Positions 58,352 to 64,000 of a stretch of 64,000 nt of DNA are shown one piece after another. A program made the position numbers and the translations under genes. Within the stretch, counting starts at the first letter, position 1, and every line of letters begins with the position of its first letter. Below the pieces are notes generated by a model. It worked only from the letters and a program-made list of their open reading frames with translations, ran no database searches and had not been told where the DNA came from. Source of the DNA: Microthyrium microscopicum (lineage: Eukaryota). Location: NCBI GenBank assembly GCA_010405405.1, contig MU004241.1:62001-126000 (forward strand), in the 5' to 3' direction.

Positions 58352-59062
58352 ATGTCTTGGGTCCGCGCCTTGGATTGGCTAAGCGCCTTTTTTCAAGAAC
58401 ACGACGAAGATCACGTTCACATATATCTCGCCTGTCCAAGAAACGGCATGCCACGGGCAATTATACACAATTACCCTATCCAGTGCATGAATCGATTTCG
58501 CGTGCCAGTCGCCTATATGAATCTCAACGGCAGACCGGTTCCTCACACCATAATGCTCCCACCAGATAGTGTAGATCTCCGAATGGCGCGGACGATGCTA
58601 TTGTGGCGCAAACATCATTCTCGCGAGCGGAGACGAGGGCCACCAATGCAATTTTCTTTGCATAACTTCCAGGCCATGATTAAGTACCGGTTGACGGCGA
58701 AGGCGTTGGGAGAATCGCAGGCAGCGAGGATTGCACGCGCACGTTTGTCAGACTATCTCTGGAGACTGGATAGAAGGAGACGGAGAATGGAAGAAAGACT
58801 AGCAAGTGTCCAGAGAATAGAACCATCCTATTTGGAAGAATGGACGAAGATCTTGATCCGGCATGAATATCTCGATTCGTGGAATGTTGTGTTGGACATG
58901 CGCACGAGACGTCGCAATCGGAGACGATTGAATCGTGATTTGAGGAGATTTTATATGCGAATTCATGGGCAACGATTGTTGGCGTTGCTGCCAGCAGCTG
59001 CAGCGATAGGAATTGGCAAGTTGGCATTTGAGATGTGTAGTAGGACTGGACACTCTCGCTAG
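58352..59062 (+). CDS. Hypothetical Arg-rich protein, possibly a degenerate BTB/POZ-like fold, with C-terminal hydrophobic segment
   Basis: 236-aa ATG ORF; IYL..YPIQCM..VDLRMARTMLLW..IKYRLTAKALG parallels the upstream ORF. Confidence 0.55.
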   Translation: MSWVRALDWLSAFFQEHDEDHVHIYLACPRNGMPRAIIHNYPIQCMNRFRVPVAYMNLNGRPVPHTIMLPPDSVDLRMARTMLLWRKHHSRERRRGPPMQFSLHNFQAMIKYRLTAKALGESQAARIARARLSDYLWRLDRRRRRMEERLASVQRIEPSYLEEWTKILIRHEYLDSWNVVLDMRTRRRNRRRLNRDLRRFYMRIHGQRLLALLPAAAAIGIGKLAFEMCSRTGHSR

Positions 59063-60318
59063 TTATTTTGATGTGTGCAGGATAGTCTATCGTTGAAAAT
59101 CGCATTGATCCAGCAATACAAGCTTTTAGTCTTCCCCGATGGGCATTCTAATGTTTTTGAGCGTCAATGAACAGGCGGAAATTTCCAGTACGGATTGGCA
59201 AAACAATTGGCGCCCTCTCCATCGGCCTCGTTGGCTGCCACATGTTACGTTTTATTATCGAGCGCTTTATTTGCCAAAGCATGTATAACCTTCCTAGCTT
59301 TTATCAAAGACAATGGGACACAAAGCATGTTTTCTTTGTTAGCGTCCATGGGAGCCATCGACCGTTGGTGGGAGCGTGCCAGTTGTGTTGCCATGCCGTT
59401 GGCTTTACTATCCTTGTGGGGCCAGGATTGTATCTCCGTTGATACTGCGAAGATGGTAAACCGGATGCTTTGTGATGCTCTTTTCTCGGGTAAAAATCCT
59501 CCAGATACCTACTTGTAAAATCCGCACAAGAGCAGGATCTCTGCGCGAACGTCTGCTTCTGTATCCAGCAGCGAGTAACTAGTTACAAGTGAATGACGTT
59601 CCTAATTGGAGAATGACGCCCCAAAGGTTGCAGTGAGAACTCATTGAGCAATGAATCTTCAATGAAGATGTCTCTACTCCTTAAAGAACTAAACAATACC
59701 TGAAACGGAGATGATAAAGGCCGGATTGAATGCTCTCCTTCCTAAAAAGCTTCATGCGCATTCACATCCTGACAGTTACCGCCCATGCAATCATACGCAT
59801 CATAATCCGCGGCGACATCTTCGCATTTCTCTCCTCAGCACAACCAGAGAGCGCAGAAGCCAAGTACACGTCTGCCTATCCTCGACATTTGTCCAACTTT
59901 TCGGAATAGCCTCAACCCCTTCTCTTCTGAAGCTATCGGAAGATTCCTGAAGGTCCCTTGCTCTTGAATTTCCAGATTTTGGCACGTCAAGAGTCGTGAC
60001 AGCTGCGTGAAGAGGAAAGCATTATTGATACGGAGAACAGAGTTAAAGAAGCGAGGAGAGTTGAGAGGTTGTTGAAGGTGGTTGCTGAAACGAGTAGGCA
60101 CACGTGACAGCGCGTTATGCCAATCGCGTAGTCTTACTCCAACACCAAAATCTCCCAGGAACATCTCAGAACTCCCGCCGCATCGGGTCCTTTGCTTGTT
60201 CTTCTTTTAGGCGGCGATAGCTTGCGCATTTGTCTTATCTCGCGGGTTCTCTCCCTCCTCTTCTATCTCTCTTTTTCGACACCTCCTCACCCGCCAAACC
60301 GACCAGTCGCTCGCCACA

Positions 60319-62000
60319 ATGGCCCAATCGGGGTCGGCCATGGAAGTTCCTGCGGATTTTACCGCACCGGAAGACTTCCTTGGAGACGGAAGAACGCCTT
60401 TGGCAACTGTGCTTTCCGATATGGACCGAGTCACTCGCTGCATGATCTGTGGCGAGTTCTATACCCAGCCTACCATTACCGCCTGTAGCCACACATATTG
60501 CGCCCTTTGCATTAGACAAGCTGCAACAAACACCGGTGTCTGTCCTACAGATGGAAAGAAGATCGACAAGTCTGCACTACGAAAGAATTGGGTCGTCACC
60601 GAAGTCGTTGCGCGTTGGAAAGAATGTCGCCCGCAGCTGTTAGCTCTCATTGAGCGAGCTAAAACCTTGGAAGCCAAATTACTCGAAGCGCATGAGCCCA
60701 TGTCAAACTCAGAGCCAGCAGCTGCGAACACAGAACCTGCGTTACCGACTTCTACTGAAAGCAGCGGGCGGAAAAAGCGACAATTTGATCAAGTAGACCC
60801 TAAGAATGCTGCGCAACCTCGCCGTTTGCGATCCTTTGGACCTGATAAACCTAGCATATATTATAAGGAGGTGAATGGGGAATCCGTTCTGCATGAGTCG
60901 GATGACGAACACATGCCGGACGTTCTCGATCCGCCTTTGGAGGATAAATTTGATCCGGCCAAAGCGACAGCAGCATGTCCATGCTGCAACGAGAGGATGA
61001 AGCCTGAGGAGGTTTTTGATCATCTCGACTTTTGTGAAGCCAACGGCAAAGCCCCTCGCCCCGCTTTGTAAGTTTGGCAGCTACTAAACGTTATGTTCAT
61101 GAATACTAACATTGCCATATCAGACCTCCACCAGCTTCGCATGCTCAGCCGTCGTACCATGCTCTTAGCAAACAAACCGCTGCTGGCTCCAGTAGACAAT
61201 CGCAATCTTCTAATACAGCCCCGTTGACAGCTCCAGGGAATTCCACGAAAAGACGCAGAATAGCCGCTTCTCCACCACGTCTACAGCCCATAGGCCAACT
61301 CAATTACAACCTTCTAACTCTTCCTTCTTTACGCAAGAAGCTTAACGAGCTAGGAATTCATTCGAATGGCTCCAAACAGCTACTGGAGCGTCGCCATAGG
61401 TACTACGTGGATCTTTACAATACAAACGTGGATGCGGACGAACCAAGAAAACCAAAGGACCTGATGCGAGATATGGAAGTCTGGGAAAGAACACAGGGCG
61501 GAATGGCCAAATCGAAACCAAATGAAGTAATGCAAAAGGACTTTAATCGCGACAATTACAGTGCGGCTAACAACAACCAATTTAAGGATCTCATATCTCA
61601 GGCCCGCGCAAAAATGGCAGCCACGAAACAACCTAAAGCGGAGACTCGCCCGCCGGAGAATATTCCGGAAAGCTCTACTCCTCCAGGAACCCCTCAAGTG
61701 GCGCCTGGCTACCTTGGTATCAGCAACGGCACAGGATCGGGTTCGACACACGTCAATTCCTCCCACAAGGAGCAACAGCAGCGTGAAACGACTCCTGCAA
61801 AAGCCATGTTCATTTCAGCAGTAGAGACCACAAACAACGACCTGTACGCGCCTCGTTCTCCCCGAGCTCAACAGCAACAGCAGCAACAACAGTGGACCAA
61901 TAATTACCCTCCAAGCTCTCAGCAGGCGCGTTCGATCCCCATGTTCCAGCTTCCGGGAGATCCGATCAAGGATTTTGATTACTCCACAGAGACAAAATGA
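60319..62000 (+). CDS. RAD18: Postreplication repair E3 ubiquitin ligase Rad18; intron 61068..61123
   Basis: RING CMIC..CSHTYCALCIR..CPTD; UBZ CPCC..HLDFC; SAP-like LRKKLNELGIHSNGSKQLLERRH..LYNTNVD. Confidence 0.92.
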
Positions 62001-62384
62001 GATACAGACAGTTGTGTGCTTTGAAATTTGCGGGGGGCATGATTTTTGTTGGCGTGTTTTCATATGCATTTGAACGGAAAGCGATGATTCTACGTGAAGC
62101 CTTGGGTTATGATAGACGTCAAATTGACCTTGATAAGCTCGTGGCATCCTTCGGGCACATGGGCTCAAAGAGGTTTTACAAAAGCATAATGTATGAGCGG
62201 TTCCGATATCCCTTTCGTTTTGTGTTGCGGTTTGGGTTTAGATATGTATATATATTAACAAGCTGTATAGATGCCCACCAGCAACTTCTAACAACGATCA
62301 ATCCGCTAGTATTGCCATGCTGGAATCATGATTTGTTCACGATGCGCATACTCTATACATGTGTCAGTAATGTTCCAAACATAA

Positions 62385-63897
62385 TTACAAACTCAACGCA
62401 GCCATCTCATCCGTTGTCTTCTCCACAGTTCTAGACTCCGATGTCTCCTTACCAGCTTCAGGTATCTTAGTCGGCGGTGCGCTCTCCTTCTGCTTTTCCT
62501 CCCAAGTCTTGAGCTCTGCCAGCTTGCGCGCCGTCTCCGCCTCTTCCTTCTGGCGCCGCTCTGCTTCTTTTGCAGCGTTCTCTGCCTCTTTCGCAGCGTT
62601 CTCCGTCTTCTCTTGCTCCTTGACCAGCGCCTCGAACTCCTCATCCACCTCGCCTTCGTCTACCGCTCCCCCTTCGTTCAGCACGTTACTGATCTCTTCG
62701 ACATCAACCATTTGCTCGTCCAACCTATCCTTGACCTTTTCGACGCCCTCCACGCCGCCGACTTGTGCATTGAGGTCTTTGAGTACCCCAGCACTAGCAT
62801 CCATAGCGCGCACGAGCGCTACATTGTCCGCCGCGGCGTCGATTGAATCCAGCGTGCTTTGTAACGTGAAGACTTGCTCCCGCCGCCGCTCCAAGGCTGT
62901 TTCGACAGCTTTCTTGCGTTTCAATGCTGCGCGTGCAGCAGGCGTGTTATGCGCGGCTACAGCGGTGCGCGCTTGATTCGAGAGATGGGCGATGGAGGTC
63001 TCGAGGATATTTATAGGGGATGATATGGAGTCGAGGACAGTACGGAGCGTGGCTATGGTGGTGTCGGTTTGTGAGATAGGTGCGGCACCCAGTTTGAGTA
63101 GGATGTCGCCGTCCGGTAGAGTGGCGGTAGTAATGTGGGGGCGGTCGCGCGTGAGGTATGTGAGCAGGAGGGAGAGGTCTGCATCACTGAAGGGGACGGG
63201 AAGCGCGGCGCGCAAGGAGGAGAGTGTATGGATTTGGGATGTGGCGCTGGTCGATGTCGAGCGGAGATGTTTGAGGAGGAGGGTGGAGGCGGCTTCGAGG
63301 TTGGCTGGGATGACCCACTGGCCCTTGGGCAGACTATCTTGAGATCCGAACCCAATTTGTTTCCAGCCCCATATAAGAATGTCGCTGAGGGACGGTATGG
63401 TGGGAAGCCAGCGGCGCTGGTAGATGCTAGTGGGGGAGGTTATAAAGTCGTGTAATTCGATAAATTCGCGTGACTTTACTGCGTCTTCCTGTTCCAAGGC
63501 GTCAGTAGTCGGCTTAGTCCAAGGATTTCGAAGCGGAGAAACACACCACAACTTTTCCTAGAGCTACAGGTATTCCGAACTGTCTCATCTCCAAAGCGTG
63601 GAGCAGATGGTTGCCCGTCTCGAGCACAAATCGACTATCATCATATTCCTTGTGCTTTGGGTCCGCGGGTATTATACCCTCTCGGGCAGCAGATATTAGC
63701 CCCAGCCGCCATTCGTCTAGGTTCGCGCGGTAACCTTCTGGATTCGAGTGTTCGTAAGTCGCAAAGTCGCCGTACAGAGAGTTGAGTCGTCGAGTGCTGT
63801 TGTGGCGTTAGCGACACTTCAAGGGATATGAAAGCGGTGGAATGTACTCTTGAAAAGCTTCGCGTGTACTAGTCAAATAACGCAGCAGATCAGACAT
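62385..63897 (-). CDS. CHM7: ESCRT-III-related CHMP7/Chm7 (winged-helix plus Snf7 domain), multi-exon (first intron 63797..63847)
   Basis: MSDLLRYL..RRLNSLYGDF..NPEGYRANLDEW N-terminus; Snf7 domain ALKRKK..IDAAADNVALVRAM..GGVEGVE..VDEEFEAL. Confidence 0.85.
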
Positions 63898-64000
63898 TTT
63901 AAACGGGTCAGAAGGCGGATAGCCGAAGTGGTGTTGCGATGATGGCGGCGATAAACAAGTAGAGTCGACGCCTAGCAACGTCATGAGACCAATCAGGTGG

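Noticed and set aside
59167..60164. Short ORFs between the orphan genes and RAD18
   Set aside because: Several have non-ATG starts, and none shows protein-like features or supporting splice structure
1..64000. Autonomous transposon or Starship element
   Set aside because: No transposase, reverse transcriptase, integrase or tyrosine-recombinase motifs seen

Overview
Gene-dense eukaryotic DNA from a filamentous ascomycete (Pezizomycotina). Introns are short GT-AG introns with CTAAC/CTGAC branch sites, and there is one 65-N assembly gap. Conserved genes: JJJ1-like DnaJ, GH47 mannosidase, PUP2, GCP2/SPC97, a COMT-like methyltransferase, CWC21, ECI1, PET100, TACO1, LAA1/HEATR5, RAD18, CHMP7 and an intron-containing tRNA-Val(AAC). 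Accessory blocks are interleaved with these: (i) a head-to-head pair of secreted genes (HEXXH zincin and a mucin-like 36-bp-repeat protein) with a 17-bp minisatellite between them; (ii) an aldo-keto reductase, a bacterial-type HAD-IIB hydrolase and a secreted alpha/beta hydrolase; (iii) two tandem intronless ~810-aa Cys-motif paralogs of unknown function plus a co-oriented UDG-like gene; (iv) a three-copy tandem family whose first copy is a pseudogene; (v) a HET-domain gene, a ~190-bp inverted-repeat element, an S10 peptidase and two BTB-like orphans. The most unusual signals are an in-frame 65-codon extension after the CWC21 stop that ends in a second SPVRDD* motif, and the paralog pair plus UDG-like island. 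All calls come from motif recognition by eye; no searches were run.
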